Part shown: positions 39,801-47,244 of the stretch, piece after piece
Position numbering within the stretch: the stretch's first letter is position 1
How the letters are laid out: each line of letters begins with the position of its first letter
Assembly (NCBI GenBank): GCA_001724265.1
Contig: MEDY01000079.1
Coordinates: 1 to 64,000, forward strand
DNA: 64,000 nucleotides
From: Rhizaria sp. SCN 62-66
Taxonomy: Eukaryota
Direction of reading: 5' to 3'
Translations under genes and position numbers: made by a program
Notes under the pieces: model-generated
The model's input: only the letters and a program-made list of their open reading frames with translations
The model's database searches: none
What the model was told of the DNA's origin: nothing

Positions 39801-40729
39801 CCGCGCCCGTGCAGCTGCAGGCCAACATCGACCGCACGCAGTCGCCCGACTACGTTGACGTGTGCCTCGCGCGTCTCCGCCGCTTCCCCGCGCACAACTA
39901 CGACGTCTGGGAGTGCATCTACGACGAGAGCCAGCGTACCAGCAACGACGCGCTCTACCTCGTCAAGGCGGACCCCACTGTGCAGCCCAACCTCGTGTCT
40001 GCGCACATCACATCGTGCTCCGACACTGATGTCACGGGCGAGCCTGCCGTCTACGCTTTCATCCACTCGCCCGTGGCGACGTCGCAGGTCTACACGCTGT
40101 CCGAGGACACGTTCTGGCGCGACAACGTCGTGTGGATCATGCTCGGCATCGTCGGCGCGCTGCTCCTCATCGCCGCCATCATCTACACCATCAAGCGTCT
40201 CACGCGTTACAGTGGCAAGCTCGAGCAGGCCAAGGTCACTGTCAAGGAGCTGGAGACCGAGGTCGAGACGATGGAGAACCTTGGTGGCCGCGCCGGCCGC
40301 AAGGACGACGCCGTGGTCATGACGGCCAACCCTCTGGCGCTCCAGATCGAGACGATGCAGAAGAAGTTCGACGACACGGACCGCCAGCTGCAGCAGGAGC
40401 GCATGCGCCAGCAGCAGCAGGACTCTGCCGAGCGTCAGGTCATCATCGCGCAGCTCTCCGAGGAGGCCGAACGCAACCTCGCCGAGCTGGAGCGCATGAA
40501 GGCCCGTCTCAACGCCGGCCCCACGTCCGCGGGCCCGCAGCGCATCACGGCCGCGCCCGCCGCTATGTCCGTCCCCGCGCCCGCGCCGATGGCCGCGCCG
40601 ATGGCCGCGCCGATGGCAGCGCCCGCGCAGCCCCAGTACGCCGCCGCGCCGCTCGCGCCCATGGGCGTGACTGCCGCGCCCCAGGCCCCCGCCAGCCCCC
40701 CCGCGCGCCCCAAGCGCCGTGACCTCTAA
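27857..40729 (+). CDS. Giant type I membrane protein, 4290 aa: signal peptide, fibro-slime (PA14-like) domain, L-type lectin domain, Ig/filamin-like repeats, Cys-rich repeat array, TM helix, cytoplasmic coiled coil
   Basis: Intronless ORF starting MRAASAFLLLAFALGLLG (signal peptide). Fibro-slime motifs GIVRDFKATHQDF...FTYEVHTYIEYLGGEAYTFRSNDDMWVFI (~28975-29580). Legume-lectin motifs AEGFALVIQ...LGYSGLRNSIAIEFD...YVGFTAA (~29650-30380). Repeated AG..F.V..RD.Y.N units (~30385-35430). TM VVWIMLGIVGALLLIAAIIYTI (~40127-40192). Stop TAA. Confidence 0.88.
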   Translation: MRAASAFLLLAFALGLLGCLTPTALATHIAFGTISWTKLTGYSNRVTFNIEMALRHSFDFGAYNAAGDPYVACINIPPIYYNGNYGVCYAVYIPVTNYYPADDWFSGKRLMTMDLPTTTWGRSFTATISRCCRISTVLEYNNDKYMYLSSIVNTNDRTASPISTGMPREYFLLGAPVSFKVPAYSPLGNTMTYALSSATESALTTPIPCGQNLTDFDKACASKRLTVNSATGVFTWTPNVEGLYAVQVRINEGTIATYLDFLMVVQSVCPTCNNPPEFDPVPAERVVVYTGITLNFDIYAKDIDTADTVTILTTVLPDGATFVQIKEGNPTQYRLSWTPSIDQISTNICFKARDNHGLYSLGNQCVLFDIQQSDFILVTGIVRDFKATHQDFNKSTAIYTNFVDTTLGSDEKPVFIDGASHSSGVTAASFAQWYHDIEDVNLATLYTITLVQGANTHSSKRVFSLFDSMFYPINGRLWEEGQTGNNRFFTYEVHTYIEYLGGEAYTFRSNDDMWVFIENKLTTASLIGTNATKTTSVNMDQLATTLDLQRGSNYKVDLFYSHRSISDPVFGVELSNSSSCSAISLLSADSELLKLSTQINFTSFTAAAASQLSFVGKSVSSQLASGALRVISRSSPSESGAVWSATTVDNVVTPMLYKVLNGFMTTFSFAVTKKNTSALAEGFALVIQADSPSARGTEGANLGYSGLRNSIAIEFDMNQNSGKSDPAYQHISLHTAYTGANDALESSTYYPAGSTVAGNIANLPFTFDNGTQHDVRVEFLPAPSATWVRVYVNKNLRPLYEAQLDTTKLQTMFANGAYVGFTAANSDANVADIDIKSWTTVIVPALASKSTLLTNPSLAVAGQSSYVDVQLRDACDNAVSVAGEVSRFTATLSHSYVLDSANETLPLRVAVAVSDLGSGQYRFTYRPTRAGNYVLRIMYATKDTPELIGSGAVTVSVVPAATDAAQSSYDYGVFAVTADTGSSYSDGLFCGAFDTATKLAAVSTNSSYGSLSRFTGASATFKLWFDSFPETTAFSCAVKTYMSSTFAASATLRNAVYAAFGSPTSASAPSFYASLKTEESTNNAFAFIGMKTSKTAGTVLASTNRRYDQTDRLTYTIKSGETAVVVMAARSASVTGGSYCYVQASPSQYRAGVKAYSTYYIVARDAYANLKTNPDSAQFSYRFSPTLPGDTEAPTYVASGHYSARFRANVTGVYSLTTQLNAANVGTSLNVYVVAGAAYYSTSVSSGAEAGGVAGEVVSFVLELRDSDNNTVITYETSDIVNGTAVFGTTTVPLTFTWSDTSRMHNVTYTTTVSGVYELFVMINGQRHTGTNGLQVTIQPGAFSAAKSVVYDTAITSAPRDTAYVEQQYRTLIQGRDMYCNLLTSNPSPAFTITGFATTAPTVNYEADGRFYFDWTVDWALTDPTKTFSVAVGSDHLRIGSTSGCDVSVATAYPVTGKPGSIGSPSTLAAPTAQPASDSYGIEYSVTVRDTAGNARPDTTVEEATAAFSVQMTGTINNAFVTAATKWGSCTAGVCKLLVKATVSGTYKLFVRIASTQDRIDGVAEAGADAVVQYLATDSSKCTIGGDLNGGAANETLSVTVTDRDKFSNIRSSDTETVFQVNILKNVPVSGNAASSGSGVYTYSFTGPTLSEVTGAAYNISFLYNDAQFAQSEATVPEGVASFARVTSPVPGNDLIISGTYTVGVPITLTVKDYTDASDTSPYSNSLTLALVGTSGSASVPFTVSASSPITTNEFTFVFTVVQAGTLSFIIKWGALIANINENGAKPYTLTVGPGAMYGPASSLESLSTPVVAADNNIVFKVLPRDMYNHVITSEPAESVTATLTIGTTQVATGSGIWSSTDQRFVFTLNATVAGQGTLNVVVVNGLAVGGVSYSVTVSPAAFSTAQSFLSGTRTSSKSFPTVAQAGSTYPFYIFAYDKYSNALTAKTDITSPVYLGADKTNPLSASATFTFVSSNIFVNSALSLADPTNAEGVTVHIDAIATGGSVRVRSGLPDKTKTSATGTSPEFADKTISVDDASVTIVVNIRDANDKPWVANPANVASDRLYVSATLKFTGSTSATDVIIPVTSLATTALGRYSLAIASNLYRSAGIYTITLAAENVALGSVSLTVHSGLTDPKRTLVEAFSTPYKSNSDASVRVYLRDRYDNYVNDTNGQEVLSVGFISGSLTCDSESHSGEESGVYTFASFTTSTAWTLDASTKIYYYNLTYRALSAGYFTMLMNVTINLATDGSTELISLPCSLQQSYTLEAETGEPDPSYTSYELLGTTFATDGSMIAGNSYTFLVQLKDSLGQNVTSGWDGKIYFGDATGKAVDWLNEDNDAQGKKKATQTKYLDYADQGLRTGQIEVTFRPQRAHTNYTVYLGLGAGSGASRPRITPNGPQLATVVPGAPASVILTTVKDTTAGVPTTITAQISDAYDNAISNINPASVASLTAVLTRDKSTSDSPTVLLDYHQIVPTVSTTSSGGINLDYTPVWEGIYTLRVVLRTTSGQYLDEKVASVTISHATCAFATPSSPYRCPSSGSCVAADVDCGATCSGTTPVQCPNGSCAASSTACPCASGETRCAAGNCVPTAQAATLCMPASPCPSGQVACTLNGESTGECRASSADCPSAGVCSRGLVACPNGMSCATTLSACPAATTTCASGLYTCADGSCKEFADDCSTPKTCPAGKVLCLTDYSCQTDALHCPSQYECYAPTSVRCWTGDCRASAADCPSRITCPVGYTLCEDNSCAATLSQCTTKATCALSTVTCPDGTCAENILLCPSQISCPSETPVLCSDHSCKATLAQCVTPQRCPTGATTCPDGSCALGTPCPSLKTCPASLPVLCSDRTCAASSADCETTPECPTALPLSCPDGSCRASITDCPSRTICPATAPVRCSDDTCQQSLAQCATQITDGSNTCPATSFTCSTGECAVSQILCPTHVTCPLGTIKCADGRCAATADCPSVSSVENCASRNLIQCPLAAAGIACAPTLADCPTGVACPVTQPVRCLDATCAASLSLCPPNPTDTANSNRKPCPDGSWTLDSCPTAVSCPASAPYKCYDQSCRPSSSDCPVANACGTAAPYRCSSGACAARPWACTAPVDGTCDPQSTTPIKCPLVDGTAKCAAKIGDCTSSFDPDPTGERLYCSAGFTRCRDGSCSETASACNAYTCPRSYPYICPDGTCTATEAQCPLENGCDPSTPVKCPGVGVCRSRLAECPLSTCSSQGLLSCPDGSCSSSCPRRASGCRSGQVRCFDGTCVSAFAQCTSRENLANSCPGNSPIRCSNGLCVASTSACPALDNTRCTNSSKPVLCADGLCRASSDLCKVIAPCAAEGYVRCDDGTCMDASNDANVCSSLNTCPDGMVRCKQSSFLSVTILDGLCAPSLSECFSANGCPMRDSQVQTRCSNGRCVLDSALCDVGRTLANGCDSATPTKCWNGECVAAQSECSATNGCPSTEPFRCPSGLCAVSTAGCGSTTSCSSDKFLCADGACVTTAASCSTLVGCNMTTPVRCADGSCRKYPATLRAKFANSTALLAQMCAPVVSCPSSAYTRCENGDCVADPNDCGATPYTCDAATPYKCSSTTCAATSAACALVSCPVSSPILCENGACVKDITSCPTSTDPKRTVITGPSSRPKCDGKPVTCFDGSCRATFAECITLADEANSCDGVRCSDGSCLPSTDGKLCPVIEACATGTYRCYDGSCSDSPCPTAPSCGFGLERCVDGICRESGTCPGYDGCPLDAALAYRCPSRECASGPEGCAAAANIDPDVRARERLVTGRALGRLAIGLAAKSRSLVGNDLRAVTRSVIRGMGLRDVRFSAADEAALAHALAVKDVEGAAVVFTSFSALADSGFHATATGSDDSVKSCTENCFSSYKVNTTSFVYDPSASATTHLISPAAAGFSVIVSSGIQVDNTQDLTMSFTGVSESDMVDGTNKVTYSRATSAENFGRALTFAQTVLSPAVSCRVGSGIQEPFAAPVQLQANIDRTQSPDYVDVCLARLRRFPAHNYDVWECIYDESQRTSNDALYLVKADPTVQPNLVSAHITSCSDTDVTGEPAVYAFIHSPVATSQVYTLSEDTFWRDNVVWIMLGIVGALLLIAAIIYTIKRLTRYSGKLEQAKVTVKELETEVETMENLGGRAGRKDDAVVMTANPLALQIETMQKKFDDTDRQLQQERMRQQQQDSAERQVIIAQLSEEAERNLAELERMKARLNAGPTSAGPQRITAAPAAMSVPAPAPMAAPMAAPMAAPAQPQYAAAPLAPMGVTAAPQAPASPPARPKRRDL
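35437..39160 (+). repeat. Coding tandem array of dozens of ~20-25 aa Cys-rich repeats, consensus CP...P..C.DG.C......C
   Basis: The translation shows recurring units such as CPTALPLSCPDGSCRASITDC, CPASLPVLCSDRTCAASSADC and CPRSYPYICPDGTCTATEAQC. Confidence 0.9.
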
Positions 40730-41738
40730 AGCAAGCATAATCCCTTAGAGCCAGAGTCGCGAAATAGAGGTTCGGCGGTCTAAGCCAGCCACTCAGTCCT
40801 CAGTCACTTGAGAGCTATTCACCGCTCGAGTGAGAGTCCGCGAGCGCGCGCCCCATTAGCTGCTGCTGCGTCGTTCGTTGTATGTTTACTCACATAGCGC
40901 ACGATGCACAGACTGAAGGGGGCGTGTTTGTGGGAAGGGGGTTCAGGATGCGCGCCGCCGCTGCGGGCGCGGGCGCGGGCGCGGCGGTGCTGGCGGGGCG
41001 TGTGCAAGCAACAAGCACAACGCCTGCTGCAAACACTGTCCTTCCAATACGTGTCGCTGCCTCGCGTGCAACGCGCGCGGGCGTATTCCTTCATGTACAG
41101 ATTTTTTCATTTCACTTCATGTTTTTTGTTTTTTCCTCAGCTTGTTTTTCTTTTTCTTTCTACCAAACCATCTCACAAATGCGTTTCGTATATTCACAAT
41201 TCGTTTTGTATTTGTCACGTAGTAGCACGTTTGCAGCGCTGACGGCTCCGCGGCTGACGCGTTCGTCATTCTCTTGATGTGACAAGCAAGCTTGCCTTGA
41301 CGCGCAGAGACCGGCGACACGCCGGCAGCGTCGATTCTCGTAGCTGGTATAGTAATACACTTTAAAAATCATTTTATGGCATTACAAATTCATTGTTATT
41401 AATATCTTCATGAACACTACTTGCAATGTGACAAGCTACTGCTCGTTTTTGATATACACGTACGTTTTTGATATACAGTAGTGTGTATTCTTCTGACGGT
41501 TTTACGCGCCATCATGGGTAGTTTTCAACAGAATTATTTTAAAATTTTGAGTGATTTTCTTTTGAATGTTATTTTTGAGCTAACGTGTCAGTGATAGGTA
41601 GCAGCGCGGCATCATCAGTCACGCGCCCCGTGCACAACGTTGCCCCTCTCTCTTCGTGGCATGAGTGGGGATGCGGACGGGGCGCGGCGCTGGGTGTGTG
41701 ACGCGTGACGCTGGAGGCGGTGCGGTGCGGCATGGCGC

Positions 41739-42729
41739 TTAGTGGTGGGCGTGCGCGCTCTCGTCATGCTTGCCGGCGTTAGGCGGGGGCGCGCGCTCGC
41801 CGAAGAGCATGCCGCGGAGGCTGGGGGTGAGCTTGTTGAAGGCGATGTCGAGGCGGGCGTCGAGCGTGTTCTTGCACAGGATCTTGCCGCGGCGCGCGAC
41901 GAGAACGATGCCGCCGGAGCAGTAGTCATCGTTGTTGTCCGCAGAGTGCGCGGGGGGCAGAAACTGCGAATCGATGGTGAGGGGCGCGAGATCGGGGACG
42001 AAGCCGCCGGTGGCGTCAGAGACGGCCTTCTTGTACAGCTTCTCGGCCTCGGCGAGGACCTTCTCGGCGGCCGCAACGTCGCACTTGCGCACGCGGACGG
42101 TAACCTTGTCCTCCTGGAGGCGGATGAGGCCCTGGACAATGAGGTTGCGGAGGAGCTTGGAGTAGTCAGCGTGCTTCTCAATGCCCTGGAGCTTGCCGAC
42201 GACGACCTGCTTGAGCTCCTGCATCTTCTGGTTGCGGAACTCCATGACGGAGAAGAGAGCCTTCTGGCGCTCCTGGGAGGCCTTGATGAGCTTCTCAACC
42301 TTGTGCTGCTCGCGCTTGGACTTAAACTCGTCAGCGAGCTTCTTCCTAAACAAGCGGAACGGGGAAGCGGAGAGAGGTACAAAGGGAGGGTTAGCGATCG
42401 GGGTTTAGTGCAGCACGTGAAAATAGAAAATGGTGTAGCGAGCCACAATAAGCGACGGTCGAAATAAAATTAAAACGGAGGTTATAAATGATGCATATAA
42501 ACAAGACAGTGGTCGTGTAATCCTAAATAACGAGGTCTTTCACGTGAGCCAGTGGTGCCGATGGATGGTTTGGAACGTACTCGACATCGCGCTTCATGCC
42601 CTGGAACTGAGACTCGTACTCAGCGTTGGCCTTCTGGCGGATCTCCTCAGCCTTCTCCTGGGCCTCAAGGAAGATGAACTCCATGAGGTTGTTGATCTGG
42701 CGATCAGCATCGGACGCAGACGTCGCCAT
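41739..42729 (-). CDS. ATP6V1E: V-type proton ATPase subunit E, 251 aa, 2 exons
   Basis: Exons 42729-42581 and 42345-41739, intron 42580-42346 (GTACGT...TTTAG, phase 2). Motifs RQINNLMEFIFLEAQEKAEEI, YSKLLRNLIVQGLIRLQE and CSGGIVLVARRGKILCKNTLDARL. Stop TAA. Confidence 0.95.
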
Positions 42730-43468
42730 ACTAGATACCTACGAGGGTGAAGAGGGACAAAGACGTGTCGTCGGAGTTGGAGGTCGTGAGTCGGAAGTAG
42801 AATCATGAGTTCGTGCGTTAGAAAAAGTATGTAACAAAATTCATTCACGATTACGGTGTAAAATAACACACTGGTTACTATAGGGTTCGCTGTTCCCGTT
42901 AGCACGATCCATTATCTGGCAAACTTTGATGTTTTGGTTCCAATCGAGGGTGTGGTGGTTGTCCACGTCGAGGGGCTTTGGGAGCGGCTCTCCAGCAGGT
43001 CATGGTGATCAAAGTACGCATTTAGGTATTAATGCCTTGATAGAACTCTTCGCAATTGCTGTAATACTTCTGCTAGAGAAACATCTGTGAACGTTTTGGC
43101 ATACATAATGCACGTTTTATGGCCCGGTCGAGAAGGGCTGCCACTTGGTCAGTCGGGGCACTAAGTGTAAGCCGCGATGCTCACGGTCATTCGCCGACTG
43201 GTGCCAGTCAGTTCTCTCTTGGACAGACAGAACCGACCGACACCAACCGAGCAGAGCGAATCGAGGGGAGGAGTGTTCCCGCGCGGCCCGTGCGGCGCAT
43301 CTCGCGAACGCGACATATATACCACATAATGTTTATGCGACATCATATTCAGCATGTAAATGAACGGGGGTACTTATATTTATTAATTAAAATTCTATAG
43401 CTCATTGGTTTCCCCTCCATTTGGCACCTGTTTTTTCACCCTATGACTCTACCACAGACCAGGAGGCC

Positions 43469-46156
43469 ATGTCTGCTAAGAAGTCGGGCGAGAGCCATTT
43501 CCGCTCGCTTTCAACGGCCCCGAAGATTGGCAACGCTGCCCGCGTGATGCCTAAGGGTCCCACGCACCTGCGTGACAAGGCGACGATCAACCGTCTCAAG
43601 ATGTACAACTCCCGTGCTCGGTTCACCAAGCAGGGTGAGTTCTTGGGCGGAGAGTTCATGTCGCGCACCGTGGACGCGCCCGTGAAGCGCATCCAGCCCG
43701 ACCGCCGCTGGTTTGGCAATACGCGCACCATCGGTCAGAAGGACCTGGAGACATTCCGCGAGCAGATGGCGAACAAGATCCACGACCCGTACACCGTGGT
43801 GCTGCGCCAGCAGAAGCTGCCCATGGCGCTGCTCAACGACCCTTTCCAGTCGGCCAAGATGAAGCTGCTCGAGGTGGAGACCTTCACCGACACGTTCGGC
43901 CCCAAGGCGCAGCGCAAGAAGGCGCGTCTGCCAGAGAACGTCGGCGACGTGGCGACACTGCGCGAGAACGTGGCGCAGCAGGCCCAGGGCTACGACTCCA
44001 CCAAGGACGCGCACAACGCGCACAACGTCGTCGAGGCCATGCACGACGGCGCGCTCCAGGAGGTCTTCAAGAAGGGCCAGTCGAAGCGCATCTGGAACGA
44101 GCTCTACAAGGTGATCGACGCGTCGGACGTGCTTGTGCAGGTGCTAGATGTGCGCGACCCCATGGGCACCCGCTGTAAGCGCATCGAGGACGAGCTCCGC
44201 CGCCCCGAGCGCCGCCACAAGCACCTCATCCTCGTCCTCAACAAGTGCGACTTGGTGCCCACGTGGGTGACGCGCCGCTGGATCAAGCTGCTGTCGCGCG
44301 AGTACCCGACGCTGGCGTTCCACGCGTCCATCACGAACCCGTTCGGCAAGGGCTCGCTGCTGCAGCTGCTGCGCCAGTTTTCGCGCCTCCACATCGACAA
44401 GAAGCAGATCTCCATCGGCTTTGTCGGCTACCCCAACGTCGGCAAGTCATCCGTGATCAACGCCATCAAGGGCGACAACGTGTGCGTGGCCGCGCCCGTG
44501 CCCGGCGAGACCAAGGTGTGGAAGTTCATCACGCTCTTCAAGCGCATCTTCCTCATCGACTGCCCCGGTGTGGTGTACCCGTTCGGCAACACGCCCACGG
44601 ACTGCGTCATCAAGGGCGTCGTGCGCATGGAGACGATCGAGGACCCGGCGCACTTTGTGCCCGCCATCCTCCAGCGTCTGCGTCCCGTGTACATCAACAA
44701 GCACTTCGGCGTCGCCACGTGGCGCGACGCCAACGACTTCCTGTCGCAGCTCGCGCGTCTATCTGGCAAGCTTCTTAAGGGCGGCGACCCCGACATTCGC
44801 ACGGCGGCGCGCATGGTGCTGCACGACTGGCAGCTGGGCCGCCTCCCACACTTCGTGTGCCCGCCTTTCACCGAGGGCGACAAGGGCGGCTTCGACATGA
44901 ACTCCATCGGCGCCGAGTCCAACATGCCCGGCGAGGCCGAGTCGGCCGCCAAGCGCAAGACCAAGAAGGCCGCCGCTGAGGACGACGACAGCGAGGACGA
45001 CGACAACGACGACAGCGACGTCAACAACAGTGAGGACGACGATAGCGAGGACGAGGACGAGGAGGACGGCGAGGTCGGCCCCAACGGTAAGCGCGCGCGC
45101 CCCTCTGCCGAGGCGCAGGCCGCCTGGGAGGCCAAGAAGGCCGCCGTCGCCGCCCGCAAGGCCGCAGCGAAGGTCGCCCGCGACGACGGCCTCAACACCG
45201 ACTCGGAGACGGACGAGGACGAGGACCCGGACCTGAAGCGTCTGCGCAAGCTTAAGGTGAAGCGCGCACGCAACGAGAAGAAGAAGAGCAAGATCGAGAA
45301 GGACATCCAGCTTGAGGTCGACGAGCAGGAGCTGCACACGCTCGCCGTGCGCTCCAGCTACGGCGCCGTCGACATGGACGAGCGTCTCTACTTCAAGGAG
45401 CGCGCCGAGGCTGAGAAGAACGGCACGGACCGCGCCGACGGTTATGCGTCCTCGCTCTCGCAGTACCACGCGTCGGCCCAGGTTGCCGACGTCTCTGACG
45501 ATGACGACGACGAGGACACCGCGCCGGCCGCCCGTGGCGCCGCCCGCGCGGCGCTCAAGGACGCGGTCGCGGACGCGATCGACGCGGCCGTGGCTGCCGA
45601 GGGCGGCGAGACGCTGCCCGAGCAGGCCGCGCGCGTGCTGCGCGAGGAGAAGGAGCGTGCGCGCGCCGCTGTGCTGGCCCGTCTCGCGGCGCGCGGCATC
45701 CTGACCAAGACTTCCGCCGCCGGCGCGGCCGCCGCCGAGGCCGCCAAGACGGCCGCGGGCGAGGCCGCCGCGAAGCAGGCCAAGGCGGCCGCCAGCAAGG
45801 AGGCCGCCGCTGCCAAGGCCAAGCAGGCGGACCCGACGGACGACGTGACGGCGTACGTAGCGTCGTCGACGCTCTTCTCCACCGCGGGCGTCGCCGTGCC
45901 CGCGCAGGTCAAGGCGCTGTTCGACCTCACGCCGCTGGCAGGCGCGCGCAAGAACAAGCACGAGCACGAGGCCGAGAAGGCGCGCAAGGTCACCGGCAAG
46001 TCAATCCTCGTCCTCAGCGACAAGGACAAGGCCGCTGCGCAGGCCACCAGCGCCAAGATCGCCGCCGAAAAGAAGGCCATCGAGGCCGCGGCTGCGGAGA
46101 ACGCGGCCGCGCAGAAGGCGCCCGCCTCCCGCAAGCGCACCACCGCGAGCAAGTGA
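43469..46156 (+). CDS. NOG2: Nucleolar GTP-binding protein 2 (NOG2/GNL2, circularly permuted GTPase), ~895 aa
   Basis: NGP1NT motifs RDKATINRLKMY and IQPDRRWFGNTR; KGQSKRIWNELYKVIDASDV; G4 NKCD, G1 GYPNVGKS, G3 DCPG; acidic then Ala/Lys-rich C-terminus. A possible 10-nt first exon at 43360-43369 splices in frame (intron 43370-43457). Stop TGA. Confidence 0.96.
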   Translation: MSAKKSGESHFRSLSTAPKIGNAARVMPKGPTHLRDKATINRLKMYNSRARFTKQGEFLGGEFMSRTVDAPVKRIQPDRRWFGNTRTIGQKDLETFREQMANKIHDPYTVVLRQQKLPMALLNDPFQSAKMKLLEVETFTDTFGPKAQRKKARLPENVGDVATLRENVAQQAQGYDSTKDAHNAHNVVEAMHDGALQEVFKKGQSKRIWNELYKVIDASDVLVQVLDVRDPMGTRCKRIEDELRRPERRHKHLILVLNKCDLVPTWVTRRWIKLLSREYPTLAFHASITNPFGKGSLLQLLRQFSRLHIDKKQISIGFVGYPNVGKSSVINAIKGDNVCVAAPVPGETKVWKFITLFKRIFLIDCPGVVYPFGNTPTDCVIKGVVRMETIEDPAHFVPAILQRLRPVYINKHFGVATWRDANDFLSQLARLSGKLLKGGDPDIRTAARMVLHDWQLGRLPHFVCPPFTEGDKGGFDMNSIGAESNMPGEAESAAKRKTKKAAAEDDDSEDDDNDDSDVNNSEDDDSEDEDEEDGEVGPNGKRARPSAEAQAAWEAKKAAVAARKAAAKVARDDGLNTDSETDEDEDPDLKRLRKLKVKRARNEKKKSKIEKDIQLEVDEQELHTLAVRSSYGAVDMDERLYFKERAEAEKNGTDRADGYASSLSQYHASAQVADVSDDDDDEDTAPAARGAARAALKDAVADAIDAAVAAEGGETLPEQAARVLREEKERARAAVLARLAARGILTKTSAAGAAAAEAAKTAAGEAAAKQAKAAASKEAAAAKAKQADPTDDVTAYVASSTLFSTAGVAVPAQVKALFDLTPLAGARKNKHEHEAEKARKVTGKSILVLSDKDKAAAQATSAKIAAEKKAIEAAAAENAAAQKAPASRKRTTASK

Positions 46157-47244
46157 ACTCTCTCCGCGACACTAGAGACTTCGTTTGTTGCGAGTTATTG
46201 TCAGTGAGTGAGTGTGATTGTTCCATATCCCTTCGTCCGAGTCGGGCCAGGAGTATCACTAGTCCGCAATCATTGAATCATGCTTGTGAGTACATGTAAT
46301 TTCATATTTTAAAGTAGTTTTCTTTTGTTTGAAACGCAGCATATGTATTTTGCCGTCTGCTCGTAATACATAAACATATTCTTGTCAAACCAAACGATTT
46401 TTTTTACGTTTTGTTATATAAAGCAGACAAAGTTGATCGTGACAGGCGCGGTGGGCAATTGGCAACGCACACATGAAACAACAACATGGTGCAGATACAG
46501 ACCGACAATTATCGGATGAAGGGTTCTGTAAACACATGGGACGCTGAACATTCACACAAATAGCACAGAAATATTTTGTTACATTCATTCAATCGCGACA
46601 CTTTGGAGAGGACGTGAAGTGCAGCTGTGCAGTAGCAACGAGGTCGCTGCTAGACTGCGCATGCAGCGTCAACACGTCGCGCGAGGCGCGCAACAGGAGT
46701 AGGAGAGTTAAGGCAAAAACAAAAAAAGAACACGAGATAGACAAACATCCAAAAATAATGATGAAATAATGATTTTGCAAAAGATAAAAGATAAGGAGAC
46801 ACTTGATAGCATCGAAACCAAACGATTGGTTAAAACAATAGCAACACACAGAATGATTAACACGTTGCAAAATACTAAGACGGGCAGATGTAATAATATT
46901 CGGGGGAGAGCAAAACGTTGTTCGGTTAAACAAGCCAGAACCGGCATGACCAACGTGCAGTGAGCACGCGACACAGGGCCGGCTGCTGGGCAAAACGGGA
47001 GCACTGAGCTGCAGGGGAGCGGCACAAAGAGACGCGCAGACACTGCAGTCTAAGACGGGATTGTAGGAGAGACAGCGCGCAATAGCCACGCAGCACAGAA
47101 AGCGCGCCGGGACTGGGTTGCGCCACAGATGAGATGAGGTAAACAAGCGGAGAAAGGCGAACACAACGATGGTGTCAACAAAAATTGTTTTTAAACATAC
47201 AGACATAGAGGACAAAAATACAGTTGTAGGAAATACAGTTGTCG

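Noticed and set aside
27857-40729. Bacterial contaminant or recent horizontal island, given the bacterial-like domains and lack of introns
   Set aside because: Codon usage matches neighbouring housekeeping genes, an acceptor-like element precedes the ATG, and the gene is flanked by typical eukaryotic genes.
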